From Naegleria gruberi (Eukaryota): a stretch of 64,000 nucleotides of DNA. Location: the NCBI GenBank assembly GCA_000004985.1, contig GG738915.1; one strand, 5' to 3'. The position numbers and the translations under genes are program-made. The notes under the pieces are model-generated. The model saw only the letters and a program-made list of their open reading frames with translations, did not search any database and had not been told where the DNA came from. Positions 63,085 through 64,000 of this stretch are shown here, in pieces (the stretch's first letter is position 1; every line of letters starts with the position of its first letter).

Positions 63085-63966
63085 TCAATCATCCTGACCA
63101 AAGAATGTATCCATCAAATCATCCAATTCGTCTTTACACTCCTTAAGATCATCATCTATTGTTTCTAGAGATGATGTTAATTCTGAGAGATCATTTGTAG
63201 ATTCGTTTTCATTATCTTGATTGAGAAATTTCCTCAAATGTTTTGTAAATTCGAGGCGTACACTCCTTTTTAGAGAGTACAACTCTTCTTCATCAACAAG
63301 GTCGGCCACTTCATCTTCATCGAGCTCATATTTCTTTCTGTTGTGTTCTCTTTTTTGTTTGATTGATTCCTTTGTAGGATTTGCACCATGTGCATTAACA
63401 ATTAATCCATTCTTTATACTCAACCCACCATTGTCACCTGATTTACTGTTCACTTTTTCTGCCAATTTCTCAAAATCAGTTCTCACTCTATCGGTATCCA
63501 ATCTAATTCCATTGAATTGAGCAAGACTTTGCACACCCAACATTCTTTGAGTTTGAATGTACAGTTGAGCAAAGTTTTTACCAGGTAAAATTCCAGCTCT
63601 ACCAATTGTACTCCAACTTCCAACTCCAAATTTCATTATACCAAGACGAAGTATTCTATTTTCCTGTTCATTCCAACCAGGAGCTTGTGAAAAATTGAAT
63701 AAACTTTTACTTTGTACGACACCTTTTTTCCTTCCTTCTCCTCGGGATGATGTTGACTTCTTTTTAGATGTTGATGTCGTCGATGTTACAAGAGAATCAG
63801 ATGATGACGCTTTTGAAGTAGTGTGAATATTCTTGTCATGATCTGTTAGTGTTGATGAAGATTGTGTTTTTCGATTTGATTTTTCATCGTCTGTAGATTT
63901 TACTTGACGTTTTCTCTTCATTTTTTTAAAATTAGATTTGGCGCTCGAATTAACTACATTTTTCAT
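63085..63966 (-). CDS. SANT/Myb-like domain protein with a Ser-rich basic N-terminus and an acidic C-terminus
   Basis: 293-aa ORF. WNEQENRILRLGIMKFGVGSWSTIGRAGILPGKNFAQLYIQTQRML resembles a single SANT/Myb repeat (W...E...L..........W..I......GR...Q). Acidic tail DEDEVADLVDEEELY...DDDLKECKDELDDLMD. Confidence 0.4.
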   Translation of the reverse strand: MKNVVNSSAKSNFKKMKRKRQVKSTDDEKSNRKTQSSSTLTDHDKNIHTTSKASSSDSLVTSTTSTSKKKSTSSRGEGRKKGVVQSKSLFNFSQAPGWNEQENRILRLGIMKFGVGSWSTIGRAGILPGKNFAQLYIQTQRMLGVQSLAQFNGIRLDTDRVRTDFEKLAEKVNSKSGDNGGLSIKNGLIVNAHGANPTKESIKQKREHNRKKYELDEDEVADLVDEEELYSLKRSVRLEFTKHLRKFLNQDNENESTNDLSELTSSLETIDDDLKECKDELDDLMDTFFGQDD

Positions 63967-64000
63967 AAAAACAACAACAAGAAAAATGAGAGAAACAAAG

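Noticed and set aside
1-64000. CRISPR arrays, operons, phage or plasmid modules
   Set aside because: The sequence is eukaryotic (spliceosomal introns, cyclins, tRNA genes with eukaryotic features, Zn2Cys6 factor). No direct-repeat/spacer arrays were seen.
1-64000. Assignment to Trichomonas, Entamoeba or Dictyostelium on the basis of AT-richness and N/Q-rich proteins
   Set aside because: Multiple short introns per gene argue against Trichomonas and Entamoeba. A Zn(II)2Cys6 cluster and only moderately AT-rich coding sequence fit a fungus better than a dictyostelid. Lineage left unresolved.

Overview
This is a 64 kb nuclear genomic scaffold from an AT-rich microbial eukaryote (about 63-65% A+T), and I read it as most likely fungal. 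Several genes are interrupted by short spliceosomal introns of 36-100 nt with GTAAGT/GTATGT donors and YAG acceptors. A 50-N assembly gap sits at 13270-13319. One predicted protein carries a canonical Zn(II)2Cys6 (Gal4-type) cluster, which is the main reason for the fungal call; the exact lineage cannot be resolved from this window. I can support about 27 protein-coding genes on both strands and three tRNA genes. The two tRNA-Gln(TTG) copies form an inverted duplication that brackets a tRNA-Gly(GCC) and an SRPBCC-like gene. There is also one MITE-like element with GC-rich terminal inverted repeats. Recognisable products are: three paralogous cyclins (two with N-terminal destruction boxes), a 7TM receptor with a C-terminal RGS domain, a transketolase carrying an in-frame N-terminal MalE-like solute-binding domain, a GT1 glycosyltransferase, an enolase-superfamily (MR/MLE) enzyme, a 1118-aa four-domain fusion protein (class I aminotransferase + phosphopantothenoylcysteine-synthetase-like + unknown + SAM methyltransferase), a multi-exon MORN-repeat protein, a membrane class III nucleotidyl cyclase whose extracellular part resembles a NIT sensor domain, two tandem Zn2Cys6-family paralogs, an ABCB half-transporter (5 exons), a MAPK-like kinase lacking the T-x-Y motif, a TPR protein, a REX/RNH70-type exonuclease, a CaMK-like kinase (4 exons) and a SANT/Myb-like protein. 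The window also holds many Ser/Asn/Gln-rich hypothetical proteins, several of them tandem paralogs. The most unusual items are the multi-domain fusions, the NIT-like receptor cyclase, the cyclin cluster, the near-identical intron 5' halves within the ABC transporter gene, and the inverted tRNA-Gln duplication. No prokaryotic-style systems (CRISPR, operons) are present.
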